From: Raillietiella orientalis
Lineage: Eukaryota
Direction: 5' to 3'
Assembly: GCA_036172245.1 (NCBI GenBank)
Contig: JAYWIR010000001.1
Span: 1,984,001 to 2,048,000, forward strand
DNA: 64,000 nt
Part shown: in pieces, positions 49,351 to 62,533 of the stretch
How the letters are laid out: every line of letters begins with the position of its first letter
How positions within the stretch are numbered: the stretch's first letter is position 1
Made by a program: the position numbers and the translations under genes
The notes under the pieces: generated by a model
The model's database searches: none
Seen by the model: only the letters and a program-made list of their open reading frames with translations
What the model was told of the DNA's origin: nothing

Positions 49351-52300
49351 CTGCGGCGCTCCCACTCGTGATGGACAACAGCAGAGAGGTCTTGAGGTGC
49401 TTCTTCACGCGCGACACGATGTCGCCTGCAGCTTCCCTCGCAGCCCTTGTGCTGCCTTCGTGGGATCGTGACGGCGAGAAGCCACGCCGAAAGAGGCAGT
49501 CGAACGGTGAGGTCATTCCAATCGTCCTCCTCCTTCGTCCTCATATCTACGTCAACCAAAGGATGAAGTTACCAACATCCTCCAGAGTATGCTGAGGACG
49601 CCAGGAAGAAAGCTATGATCCCTTCCCTCCCAACATATTTTTAAACAGAACTTTTCTGTTTTTTTTTCTTCTTGTTGTTTCCTTGTTTGTTTACCCTTTC
49701 GTCCACTTTTCCTGTGCAGACCTTATCGAGGGAGCTGCTCTCGATATTTCCCTTCGTAGAGGCGATGCGAAACCACTACGAAGACATATATGACTGTTTT
49801 TTTTTTTTGTAATTATTTTCTTGAATAAACGCCCCGGCGTGACCGAGTGAGAACAAAGCAGTTTTTGATAGTCACGTTCCCGACGTGACTATCAAAAACT
49901 GTAAACAAGGATGACATATGGCATCCGACATTTTTTCCTGCGTAAAGAAAAAAAAAAGAAATTTGGAAATTCAACAGCTCCCAGGATATGGGGATACGAA
50001 GCATCCCGTATGAGCAGCTGAAAACGGGTTTGGTAAACTGGAAGAAAAGGGGTAAACAATGCGAGTAAACAAAGCATGAAATCTGTCTTCAGGGGCCAAG
50101 CAAGCCAGGTCAAGCTCTGAGAGACTTGACAATTCGGTAATGGTCCTTGCCGACGTTCGAATTTATGAACGGAACTAGGAAATTAGGGATAACAGTACCC
50201 TCAAGCGGTCGCCGCCAACCAGATTTTCTGTAGAGGATGAAAACAAGAAAATTACAAAGGAACTAGGGAGGTCAACTATAGATCTAGATAAAAATAGGAA
50301 CCACTTTCACCTGCAAAGACCATTAACGTCTAATGTAAGAAATAAAAGAACGCATTCAGAGCTCCAGGTTTTATTTAGGAGTAAAAGTTCGAAAGTAGGG
50401 GACTCTATTCATGAAACCATAAGGTGATTCGATTAGCTGCAGCCTGGAAACGCATTAAAGTCCATCGCCTCTCTTCTAAGTTCTACAGTAGGAAAATGTC
50501 TTTCAGTCGACACACTGTTATGTTGCATTTTTTAGCGCGTGAACCCCATATATGTGGCATCTTTGCCCCCTCTCTCTTAGGTCACACGAAATTCTATCGA
50601 AACCGTTTATCCCAGCTGCAAGCACTCATGTGACCAGATTTCCACGTTCTTCGATTTTCAGAAACAGAAGAAATGGCTACGGTGCGAATGCCGAAAGGCT
50701 TCGAAAAGTATTCCGGCGTACTGGAACATGCAATTCTGTCCAGCCCATACTACGTCCGAATGAAGCTTTGCATTCTCCCTCTCTCCAAATTCTGATGAAT
50801 GAATGACTCTGGTGATTTTTCAACTGCTGGGGCATCACTTCCTTGGCAAACGTTTGCTGCGGCACCAATCATTTGATGAAGCCCTTTCATCGGGCCAGCT
50901 CTCTTTACTCTCAATTCAGTTCCTTCCTCGCCAGGAATTCATCCGTGACACTTTCCTTTCATCTGCATGGAGAACCGTTGCGACTGCAAAGTCGCGTTTC
51001 TTGGAACGAGAAGACTTCGCGGATTCTGCATTGAAGCGATTCCCGAGGTGCGAAGGAGTGCACAGTCAGCTCACCCCCAAAAAACCCGAAGCGAAAATCG
51101 TGGCTGAGGATCATCCCCCAAACAACGGGGGGTCACTGCTTATTCCGCTGCCTCAAGGCATTCTTGAATGATCCCTACGATGCTGCAGAAATTTCACGTT
51201 CAGCTGTTCGAACGGCTGCCCCACTCACAAATCACGTCCTTTTAGCGATAGCAGGCATTGACGTTCCAAGTTTCATGAGCATAACTTTTTCGTTTCACCA
51301 GAACTATAGTTTTTAATTGAGTTGTCTACACTCGAAACTGGCACAACTGCGCTTTGGACTGCAGATTTTAACATACCCAATTCTACTTCGTAGGATCAAT
51401 TACGAAACTCACAAAAACAGCCCACAGCTACACGCCAGTGAGAAATACATGCCACATGCATATCGAAAATCTGTGAACTCCTCAACTCTGAACCTTTCGG
51501 TCACGTCCCTCTGCTAAACATGAACGTGAACACAACATGATTAAAAAGCCAAGCACCGACTCTTAAACCACTAGAAATGGCAACCAATTTGGCACGACGG
51601 GCGAAATGTTGGGCTCTCGACTCCAACATCGAGGATGCATCAGCATCGTCTTTGGTGGTAACTAATTGAAGTGCTGCATCCCAAGACAATGTTGAGGACG
51701 ATAGGGAATGCCAAAACACATAGTTGGCAGTCGTTTGGTTGAGGACTGCCATTCATCCTTTTTAATTTTCAGTATTTCAGTGAAAAGGTACGTAGTATTT
51801 GCTGCAGCAGATACGTGTTTTTTTTTTTGTTTTAATTACAAATTACAGTTTCTGAAACATTTTAAAATGTTCGAACAGAACAATGTGACACATTCGGATA
51901 CTGTGTGTACTTACACGTACAGTGCACATTCGGTATGGTCACCTTTGATGAAAGAAACTTTTGACATTGATACGGTCAACATTTTAAGTCTTCTGCCATT
52001 CGACAAAAGCAACTTTTTTCACCCGCGTTGAAGACGGAGGGGGGAGGGAAATTCGTCAACTATTCAACACCAGTTGGATGCTTTACGTGGAATCGAAGAA
52101 GGAACGAAGGTGAAAGTGCAATTTAACATGCAATTTGTATTCATCAGCTGAAGAAATTGCGTGGCACTTACCGATCGGCTACCATACTGATGACGGTGCG
52201 ACACGATCCCCTTCCACAGCAAGGGAGAAAAAGGGAGCGCGTGACTCTGAGAGTTTGGAATGGGCGGAGGGAGGAAACGAAGGACATCACGTTCGTGACC

Positions 52301-52948
52301 TGGACGCCATTGGGAACGCTCTTGAAACCCGGCGGAGGGGTCCCCCGGCGAGTGGGGTCCGCTCTCCGTTGCACGGCAGGAGGGGGAACTCCCCACTCCT
52401 TTATTCCTGGAACGCTCCTATGGAGCATGCAGGAGAGAATTTAGACGAGAGTGTTCAAAAACACGATGTGGACAAAGTTGTTGACCACTCATTCCATGTA
52501 CCTACTGAGTGGTCAGAAAGTGTCTGTCCTTCCCGTCCGTGACATTCTTCTCCCGGGAAGAATACGGGAAAAAGAATACGATCGTGAAGGACTCCGAACA
52601 AAATTCCATATCGCATCGTCATCATCATTTACCATACACTATCGGTATTTTTTACTTTTGTAACGTCGCTCAATTTGTTCATTTGATTGCAAAAATTCGT
52701 GTTACAATTCAACAGTTTGGTTTCTTTTATTTCATTATCCTAATTTCATTTTTCTTTATGTTTCGACTACCCGTGTCTCGATACAATCAACAACATTCTA
52801 TAAAGGCAACACTTTCAAAATTCTGATTCCAGCAAAGGTGACTATATCGAATGTGCACTGATATTATTATAATGCTAGCTTGAATGACAGTCGCCTGTGC
52901 AGTGACCCAGCTGCTGCAAATGGTTCCAGAAACAGTATCTTCACTCCA

Positions 52949-54955
52949 TTACAAGAATGATTTATGGGATACCTTGGATGCAAGTTTTCCACAAAGAGTT
53001 TCCAGGGCCTCTAGAAATTTTAAAACAAAACTGCTGGAAATTTGTCACACACACACAAAAAAAAAGACCTGGAAAATCCAGTCCTTCTTCCATTGTAGGT
53101 AACAGACGTTTATACAACCGATAATGAAGAAACATGGGCTTGCATTCCAGTTTGCACTTCTTGATAATTTTCTTCCAGTCTACATCATTCAACTTTTCTG
53201 CCTTTTGTTTGATAATTCTAACTAAATAACTGATGACGTTTTCAAACTACTCACAATTTGACAATAGCAAGTAAAATGTAGTCATCTAATTCTGTGCCAC
53301 ACACAGTACGGTTCCAGTGTGTTAAGCACTGCATGGCACTCCGATTTTTCATGTGCTTCTGTACTACTTGCCAGGGAATTTGTTTGCTGGGTACTGAATG
53401 TGGATGACGACCATCTACCAGGCTCTGAATAACTTTTTCCAAGAATTCAGTTTCTTCATTAGACCAGCGTCCTTTCTTGCAATTGAACAATGACGTCCAT
53501 CTTTTTCGACAAACTCTAGGAGGCTTTTTCAATTCTGCACCTATCTGGACCCAACTAACATTTGCATTCATAGAATCAATCATTTGAAGCAATTTTGCAT
53601 CTTCATCAGCTGTAAAACTATACACACCCTAACATCTATCATCATCATCAATCAGAGATTGGAACTCACGCAGAATTGCAACGATGAGGTTCCAATAATG
53701 TATACAGGCGACGAGAGATGGAGCTCAAGGGGTATTTGTCAAAACCCTTGGCAACGTGCTGGAAAAAATGCTGGCGTACATCCCTTTTATATTGCTGCCT
53801 AAGTCCATCTCTGCAAATTCCTACCATCATAGGTATGTTTTGTACACAAAATTTCTAAAAAGTGATTGCAATGATTACACTAATCATGAGCATACTCACT
53901 TTTGCAAAACGCTGTACTCGTGCTAAAAGCTTTTGATCATCGGCTTTGGAAAAGTAATGTAGTTTTTTTTCCGAAATCCCATATTTTTTTTTCTGCTCTA
54001 TATCCATGTGAAAAGGTAACGAATGAAGAGGAGCAACAACTGATGGTGGTGGTATATCTATCTGATAGCATAAAAGAAATTAGCTTCAATATATAGTAAA
54101 TAAAACAATTAAAACAAATACATGACCTACAACAAATAGATGGTCAATTTCAGTGTTTAAATAAGAAAGAGAGAGAAAAAAAGCTACTCAAATTTACATG
54201 AATCCACATTACATTTAGAAACATTTTTAGTCATATATTCTTCCCTTGATCTTCAATAAAATTGCATAAAATTGTTCACTATAAACTACGCATCTACTTT
54301 TTAATTATCTTTACTTATCAATACTTACATCGTAAATATTTTCACTTTGAAAAGTTGCATCATTGGAGGGTTCATCATTGAGGGGTTCATCATTGAGGGG
54401 TTCATCATTGAGGGGTTCATCATTGAGGGGTTCATCATTGGAGGGTTCATCATTGGAAGGTTCATCATTGGAAGGTTCATCATTGGAAGGTTCATCATTG
54501 AAGGGTTCATCATTGGAAGGTTCATCATTGCAGGGTTCATCATTGCAGGGTTCATCATTGGAAGGTTCATCATTGCAGGGTTCATCATTGGAAGGTTCAT
54601 CATTGAAGGGTTCATCATTGGAAGGTTCATCATTGAAGGGTTCATCATTGGAAGGTTCATCATTGAAGGGTTCATCATTGGAAGGTTCATCATTGAAGGG
54701 TTCATCATTGGAAGGTTCATCATTGAAGGGTTCATCATTGAAGGGTTCATCATTGGATGGTTCATCATTGGAGCGTTCATCATTGGAAGGTTCATCATTG
54801 AAGGGTTCATCATTGGATCCCTCACACTGGGAGACTTCTTCAGTCGGCGATTGTTCGTCCAGATGGGAACAACTTTCCTGCTGAGAACAGTCTTCAGTGT
54901 GCTCTTTTATCAAAAAATCTTTTTCAAGTTTCAACTTTTTACGTTTACTACTCAT
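52949..54955 (-). CDS. Myb/SANT-repeat DNA-binding protein, TTF1/Reb1/DMTF1-like, with an acidic pentapeptide-repeat N-terminus, about 536 aa, 7 exons
   Basis: Phase-consistent exons: 54955-54315, 54250-54198, 54057-53900, 53854-53670, 53617-53255, 53217-53069, 53010-52949. Myb repeats: FSKADDQKLL, FTADEDAKLL..SWVQIGAEL..CRKRW, KKGRWSNEETEFL..IPWQVV..RSAMQCLTHW, DVDWKKI. FFQHVAKG..PLSSISRR resembles the TTF1/DMTF1 linker. Exon 2 and the last exon are less certain. Confidence 0.8.
54356..54817 (-). repeat. Coding minisatellite, 15-bp unit, 31 copies, encoding (S/F/C/L)NDEP
   Basis: TTCATCATTG-NNN-GG repeated on the + strand, in frame within exon 1 of the Myb gene. Confidence 0.95.
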
Positions 54956-57900
54956 GTTAAACCTCGATATTTAACTCCAATGCGTGCTGCTTTTCTTGTT
55001 AGCGGCATAATAGCTGAATACTTTCATCCTGCATTTCGGGTATGCAAAATTCATCTTTGGCACTTTTCACACAAGATTCTTCAAATTGTATGGTGCTTTT
55101 CAAACCTACTGCAATCGCCGTTAGAACCAAAACGCAAGCGCAGATGGAGTTCAGAATTGCCATATTTCAGGACGAGTTAGTGCTTTTAAAAAGATGCAAA
55201 CTTCTCTTTTGTTTCTTTTAGATCCAAAAAAAACAATCAGATTAATGCAATAAATTAACAAAGAGGCACTTTAATTCTGTAATAATGAAGAAAATTTGAT
55301 GTAATAGTAAGAAGATTGATGTTAACTTTATCAGATTAGCATAAGACGCAGATAGCATGGAGATTCAGTGCACATTTTCTTTCACCATTCACTCTGATCC
55401 CTATTATTATGCATAATCGCCTTTTACTAAAAAATTCTTTCATGAAAATGTGAACATTTCGAAGAACAACAATTTCATTGTCCATTAACGAGAGAAATTC
55501 TTTGTGCTAATGAAAGTTTTCAAAATGCACAAAACTTAATGCCTTAATAGCAAGTTTTAAATGAAGGACACTAATTTGTAATGGTTCTAAAGATTAGCAA
55601 TAAAAGCTTCCAATTAGTATAACAAATATCAAACATTCTGAAATTCCCAAACATAATGATGTTGAAAGATTATTTGATAAATATGCAAGGACTGCTCTGA
55701 AATCTTCGATTTCTTATGTATGAATTTGTGGAAGCAATGAAGGAACATTGTCACATTTTATTCAGACTAATTAAAGGATGTCGGAACTCTACTTGAACAA
55801 CCAGCTCATAACCTGCATTGATTCTCTAATCTTTACAAATTAAGAATAATGTGAAATCATAAATTATGGTTTACTGCTATTTTAATTAGCTACTATGTAA
55901 CATAAAATATGGACTTAAATATGAACATTTAAATAGCATGGTATGAGTTTTGGATAAATAAAAGTCCCCCGATACAAGAAGCAGATAACTCGCGTCCAAT
56001 AATATCAGGTTTCGTCGGAATCAAGTCTCACAAATGAGTTGAAAATTTTGTGTTAACTGACACTAAATCGATGTTCAGTGCTTAGAAGAGGAAAAGATGA
56101 GCAGTCTTTCCCATCGAAACTGCCTCACGATGACATTTTCTCATTTGATGCATACTTGAGCAATTAGAGATAGATATGTACTTACTGATCTTACAATACT
56201 GCTATGTACCGAACTCATATTTCCAGCTTTTCTGAAATTATTGGAGGGCCAACATTGGTATTACAATTAAGTGTATTCTGCAAATATTGGAAATGTTCCG
56301 ATTACATATGCAAAATAGCATGATTGAAAATGATCAAAAATAAAATTCCTTAAGCAAGTCAATCATAGTAAAGTTCCAACCATAAAAACCGATTTTGTGT
56401 CTCTTTTTTGTCTTCTTTAATTAAATGATTTCCTCTGGCTACCTAGAAACCAACTGATTTAATGCCCAACCGAATTATCAAATTATGGTCCTCTTCTGGA
56501 GTACTAATATCCAACTATCAATTCACTGAACCTTGACCTCTCACTAGGCGAGAAAAGATCTTTACTTTTACCTGAAAATTACTGTTTTCTTTCCGATGAG
56601 CTGAACTGATATTCTGCTCGGTCCTTAGACACGACCTGATGTCTTTCAAGAATATTCTTAATCAGCAGTTGGAATAAACGTGTATTACACTGAGAAGTAC
56701 ACTCAGGTTAACGAGATATTGCATTCCTCAAAGTGAGAGCCCGCGGTTCTTTACAAAGCTCTGAGTTTGCTCTTTATTTGTTGGAAATTCGTTTCGCACC
56801 GATGCAAATTACGAAGTATCAGGTGTTGCTGACTTATCCAGGAATTCTGCAAAATCTGGATCCACATGCTATTGAATCATGTCCACCATCAAAGGAATGC
56901 AATGCATTTTCGTACACTGGAAGGGAAATCAAAGGAGTTCGTAAATCCTTGCCATTGTCAATTGCATAATGGGAAAAGTCATTCCTAATAATCCTAAGAA
57001 TGATAATAAGACGTCGGATGACATGAGGTGAGAGGGCTAAGAGTGGATCAAGCTTGCCTCGAAGTTTGACGAACCATTAAGTTTGACGAAGCAACTTTTC
57101 TTTTTCCTTTTTTGGGTACAGTAGAGAATTCGGATGATCGATGTTGCAAAATATCTTTCTCTTAATCCCGAAACTAGATCCGCTGGGTGGGACACATGTT
57201 GCTGCCGCCATTTTCTAACTTCTCCATAGGACTCAGGTCCCTTGCATATTGGCTGGAAATATGCACTTCTTGTTCCAGAAGAATTAATCTATTCAGTGGC
57301 TGCTGCGATCATTATTACCTCACCTAGGGTCTCTGCGGCAACCGCTTCTTGCTACACGTTGACCTTTACAGCTGTTCCTTGCTGGTCTCATGGTGCAGTG
57401 TACCCCCGCCTAACCGCGATTTCGTACAACGCGACGACAACATGGCAGCATTCCTTGTATAGGGCGATCGGTCAGCACCGTGCGGTAGCTGGAAATGAAT
57501 TTTGCGTTCGTATGTCGCCATCTTCGAAAAGAATACAAACGAAGTGATTCCAGTGAGTTTGAATTCTATTTTATTCACATTTTTTCGAGAGTAAAATAGT
57601 GCAAGAAGTTATGTTTTTCAACTACAACTATAAGACCGTTTCAATAGATTTCGAGAAAACTCTAAAAGCGATAAATAATGATAACACACTTCTGCTTCAT
57701 CTTCTACTGCTATAGAGCTTTGAGATGCATTTCAAATATTCTATAAATACTACCACATTATCCATGTATAACCCATAGGACTTGTATAGCGCGGGATCTC
57801 TGCGTTATGGGAGGGCTACTTTATTCGAGTCATCTAAGCAATAGTGGCAGGGTTGCCGATGAAAGTGAACTCTTTTATCACCTTTTAGTACCGTTTGGAG

Positions 57901-58249
57901 TTACTAAACAAAGCAAAGTAAATGAAGGATTGTTCGTAGATTCCAGCGTATGAGCTTCGAAAATCCGTCTTCTTTCTCACTCCCCATTTACTAGTATTTC
58001 AACACGAAAGAGACAGTAAAATACACAACCAGGTGCAATCAATGGAAGTACATGCGATGCGATGTGGATGGGACACCAGTTTTTCGGGGTTTTAAATCCC
58101 GCTACAGTCCTGAATGAAAATGAGCGATTTTCCCACGTCCATCCTAAATTTTGATTTGCACTGATTGGCTTACAGATCTTGACTTGCCATTCAGCAATAT
58201 AGCAAGTATGGAGAAGAGCGCCATCTCTTGGTGACCTAACCATACAAAT

Positions 58250-59200
58250 GTCGATTGTCCCTACGTCGACTGTGGTTGTCCCGGCTGGAAGATGTTCTTG
58301 TCAGTGAAGTCGTTGGAGATACGAAGAGCATCCAGTTTTTTCAAGGAGGAAAGCTCCATTGCCTACCAGGATCCTTGGCTGCAGTGTCAGTCAGCTATTT
58401 GGAAGGGCCAGTTTGGAGTAGGTTCGTTCCAGAGGACTGGCACAAAGGTGGTTTGGAAAAAGGAGGAAACTGATAAGACGAACGGAGGTCAACCAGGGCT
58501 TGTTTTTCAAACTGTTTCCCATTATCTTCAAAAGCGGCTGCAATTCCCAGAATCTAACATCCATCTTGAAAAACTAAGTGCAGACGCCTATTCTAAAGTG
58601 AAAGTTCTAATTCGATAGATTCCACTTCTGGTGCGAGCTGGTGGTGAACGCAGCCGAAGGAATTATCGAAGTTCCGATCTATTTTGGAGGAACAGAGGGG
58701 GGAGGCGCTCCACTTGAATAATACATCTCAAATGAAGGAAGCCTTTCAGGTCTTCCACTAAAAGATATTTTGCAAAAGAACATGTATTCTTGTGAAACCA
58801 CAAGAGTCTGCGAGGTTTTGGGCCTACTTGTAGATGACACTTTGGTTCAGAAGTTTTTTTTTTTTGCAGACGAGTACAGGCTGCACATCGGTTTCATACG
58901 TCCAGTTTCCAGGAAGTGGGAACAGTTCAGTGCGATCGATCGAAACTATAGTCAGGAATTTCGCTCTTCCTGGTATGAAAATTCAAAATGTGGTGCAGCT
59001 GCTGAGGAAGCAGGTTCACCCTCTCAAGGTAAGCTCCTCGAGCTTTCGCCAACCAAACGGAAGCAGTGGTGGACATTCAATTCGAATCCGCAAGCTTTCT
59101 CTGGTGCACATAGCACGGGAAAGAAAAGTCGAGTTGCTTCGCTGATTGGAAACACGAATGATGCCAGTCAACAAATACTGGCAAATTAGGGGGAAATTCG
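58250..59200 (+). mobile_element. Decayed LINE reverse-transcriptase remnant
   Basis: Ordered motifs across frames: FVPEDWHKG..KGG (cf. VPxDWK..KKG), HYLQKRLQFPESN (cf. IIxxRLxxFLExN), EVLGLLVDDTL (cf. KYLGVxIDxxL), HIGFIRPVSR (cf. LGFIxR), YSQEFRS. Confidence 0.45.
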
Positions 59201-60019
59201 CCTGGGCGGACGCCCTGTCGAAGCTCTGCGGGAAGCAATGCACTTAGGTAAATTCGAAGATGCACTGAAACCCAACGACTGATTTCTGAATCATGCGACG
59301 AAAACCTCAATTCGAAGCATTCTGTCGAAGCCGCACCCGCAGCCTCTCAGACATCAGTGCTGCTGTGCTGCAGCTTTTTTGGCAATGGCGTACACCACTG
59401 CTGCTGAACTTGGGGCATGCACGAAGGCTGCTTCCCGGCTGCCTACAGAAAAATGACCTTCAGTTCCTCAGGCTTCTGGTACTCTTGAACTCATTTGCCA
59501 ATAAGGAACGAGCAACAGTGAGATCAAAGGATGCAAGCAAATGATGTTGCAGATCAGCTCTTTAAAATCACGCCTTCTCCTTTTATGCGCTGGTACGTTT
59601 TTTCGGGAAACTGTGAAAGGCGAAAATAGGCTGGGAGGAGCTGAGTTGCTCACAGGCACCTACGCTAAAAACACAAAGATTAACATTTCAGCAAATATTT
59701 TTCAGACACAGTGACATCTCTCGGTACACTGGAGCAGTTCTATCCATGGTTTCGAAACTGAAACTGGCATTCTTGTATACTGCCCTTAGCTCTTTGGGTT
59801 ATGCTCGGTAACACCTCAGGATCTTGCTTTCTATCAAGTAAGAAATCAATTTGATAGAAATATGAATCGACAGGAATGTATCTTTTTTTCCCTTCCATCT
59901 TCGGCATAATGTGCTTTTGCCGCAACGAGAGCTGCCTTTGCACAGAAGGACTTCTTCGTGCACAGCCGACTTTCATTTCAGTACTCATCTCATACCCCTT
60001 ATGACTTCTATCGACAATT

Positions 60020-60235
60020 TCCAAACTCACCATCGCAAACCCCGTTAAACTAATAGCAAAAACCATCAACAGTAACCTACACCACCAATCCACCCCATCA
60101 ATCAAAATCCATTACCCTAACCATAACACTATTCATACCCCTATATACTATACCATCATCCTCCCACACACAAAATAAACTAAGTACCAAATGATCATGA
60201 TAAACTTCACCCCATTCGACCCATTTACCATGCCA
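60020..60235 (-). other. Candidate NUMT (mitochondrial membrane-protein gene fragment, possibly nad5-like)
   Basis: Abrupt C/A-rich, G-poor + strand unlike its flanks. The minus strand reads hydrophobic (GMNSVMVSVM / LIDGVDWWCSLLLMVFAISL in the invertebrate mitochondrial code) with a frameshift. Confidence 0.35.
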
Positions 60236-62145
60236 AACGGACTTGCGCCAACTTTTCACGAGGGGGGTTCCTAACCGGGGGTTTTCTACCTGCACGCACG
60301 TTCCGAAGAAGTAAAAAAGGAATCATTTAGGCTTCTCCAATTTCTGGCAGAGTTATTCCAGGAAGTTTCCGATTCCTTTGCGGCATTTCAGTTTTTGAAG
60401 GCCTGACATGACATCTGGGATGAATACAAGCAGTGCTGCCACTTTTGCCACGTTCTGTGTTTAATCAACCAACAGAAAACTCTTCTACTGCAAGCTGCGG
60501 GAATCCTGGAAAAGTCTATCCTTTTTTCTTTTTCTTTCTTTGCAACTGTTATCACTTGCTTCAAAAAATCCCATTCGATCTAAACCGACGTTATCTATGC
60601 GCACCATCCTCATTCTAGTTTATTCCACTCGGCTTCTGAATTGCTCTCCCGCGTGTCTTAAAACCGATCGTTCGACTGATAAAACCGTCACTTGCCCGAA
60701 TTAGTAGCTGCTATTTCATTTCCGTGTGCTTGCAAAGTGCCTATTTAAGCAAATCAGCCTGTGCGTGGTAGGACCGACCGACCGACCGACGGAGATGGAA
60801 GCTGTTCTTGTCGTGCACGTGAGCATCCAGGAGGAGGAGGAGCCTGTGGTCGCTGCTTTTCTTGCCGCTGTTGGAGGTAAAGAGTGCACTGGGTCGCTCT
60901 TCAGCGAGCGAGGCCTCCGGGCAGAAGGCTCCAAGCAATGTTATGGTTAAGCTCTATGTTATGGCACCCTGAATCCCGGTTCGGGGGCCCGGGAGTAAGT
61001 GCGCCCCTATCTTTGTGGCTGTTGCATGACTCAGAGCTGGGGAGGATGTAACGGAGCTCACGAAATCCGAGAGTGCCCGAATAAAGAGGCTCAGTCGAGC
61101 CGCGGAGTGGGATGGGGAGGAAGGGGAAGGTCGCCTTCCATCAGAAATGCAACTGAACCTCCTCCAATTTAAATCCAAAAAGATATTTTATTTCTAGATC
61201 TTCCAAAAGAACGTCCGTTTCTAGAAATGGATGTAAGAAACTCTGCACTGTACACCAACAGAATCGCGGAGTGAACTTCGCGGAAATGCTCTCGGAATTC
61301 AAGTGGGGTCTCAGTTAAAGCAACACCCGAAAGAAGAAATCATAGTCTGTTGCATGCGTTTGCTGCAGTCTTCTCTGCACGTTAACACGCACCTCAGGTC
61401 AAACGTCGCTTTCCACTTTCGGAATGCTGACCACTTTAAGCACCCCGTTTCTGAGCTGCTCCTTTTCACCTGGAAAGAGTTCGAGTCACTTTATTTAGAT
61501 GGAAAAAAGGAAAGGGGGCAACGTTCCACTTCCTGTTTCGGAACAACTGTAGCAAAGGGCATCTCGCGCGTCTCCTTGGCGTCTTCGATGTGACTCTGCA
61601 CGTGATATCGCTTTCCGGTTAAGCTATTGGAAAGTGCCGGGAGGTTAAGAGCGTTCGGAGAGGGAGGGGAGGCCTCCACTTTTTCATCTCTTTAAATTCT
61701 CATTTTGCCAAATCTGAATCGCTATTTTTTAGTTTTTACCGTTCAACGGAAGAGCCACACCATTTCCTTTCTGCTTAGACACATTTACCATGTTTGCGTG
61801 CAAAGCAACTCAGAGACGCCAAGGAAAAAAAAAAAAAACTTATTCTAAGGAATTAAAGGGGGGGAGGGGGGGAACATACTCGTTAATGACCAGCCTTCGC
61901 GCATCCCGTTATTTAACCAAGGTCTCAAACAAGCACAGGAAAAAGAATCCTCGTTTTGTTTGGCTTCGGGATCCGTTGCAATTACTTTCGCAGATTTATT
62001 TATTTATCACCGCAAGGAGTTCGTCACACACATGAAAAAGAAAAACGACCGGGAATGCCCCCTGCAAACAGTACTGCTTTGTTCTGCAAGTACGAAAACA
62101 AAACAGGATCCGGAAATGCCCCGAAGCTAGCTGGACAGTTCTTAC

Positions 62146-62533
62146 TAGTTGTTTCAGCAATGTCGGCATGAGTGTGCACCGACTTGCAGCTCCGGTAGAG
62201 GGGGCAGGCGCTACTGAAACAGCAAACCACGATAATGATCATCATGGCTATAGAAATGCTAATGACGACGATGGAAGCAGTCATGAACGACCTGTAAAGC
62301 AGGACTGACATGTACACACTTAGAAGATCGCTCATGATTAGCTGATTAAATTCGAATGACTGTTTACCTGTCATCAATAGCAGAAAAGGGACGTTCCATT
62401 TTGACGCAACACTTCCGGGGATGTTCGGGGCAACACTCAGTGAGCGATACACCGTCCGTCGGTCCAGGACAACTGTACAGTTTCTGTTTTAATAGCCCAC
62501 CATCAACGTCTATATCACGACACAGCCTGTGCT
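62146..62533 (-). CDS. Shisa/WBP1/VOPP1-like single-pass membrane protein, two internal exons (partial model)
   Basis: Exons 62533-62368 and 62291-62146 have TACAG acceptors, GTAAAC/GTAAGA donors and matching phase. Product: HRLCRDIDVDGGLLKQKLYSCPGPTDGVSLTECCPEHPRKCCVKMERPFSAIDDRSFMTASIVVISISIAMMIIIVVCCFSSACPLYRSCKSVHTHADIA, i.e. a C-C-CC-CC ectodomain, a TM helix and a juxtamembrane CC..CPLY motif. First and last exons are unresolved. Confidence 0.72.

Noticed and set aside
53617-53670. Apparent frameshift or GC donor in the Myb gene
   Set aside because: Resolved by the downstream TATAG acceptor (exon start 53617), which restores phase.
54325-55180. ORFs reading (GFIIE)n, (GSSLE)n and (MMNPS)n
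   Set aside because: Shadow frames of the 15-bp repeat; only the NDEP frame joins the Myb exons.
57076-57211. Minus-strand aaaATGGCG start (MAAATCVPPSG...)
   Set aside because: Stops after about 44 codons with no convincing donor or homology; may be a promoter motif only.
58870-59028. Apparent exon with a T-tract/CAG acceptor and AAG/GTAAGC donor
   Set aside because: It lies within a stretch better explained as a decayed LINE, and no consistent flanking exons were found. Exonisation is not excluded.
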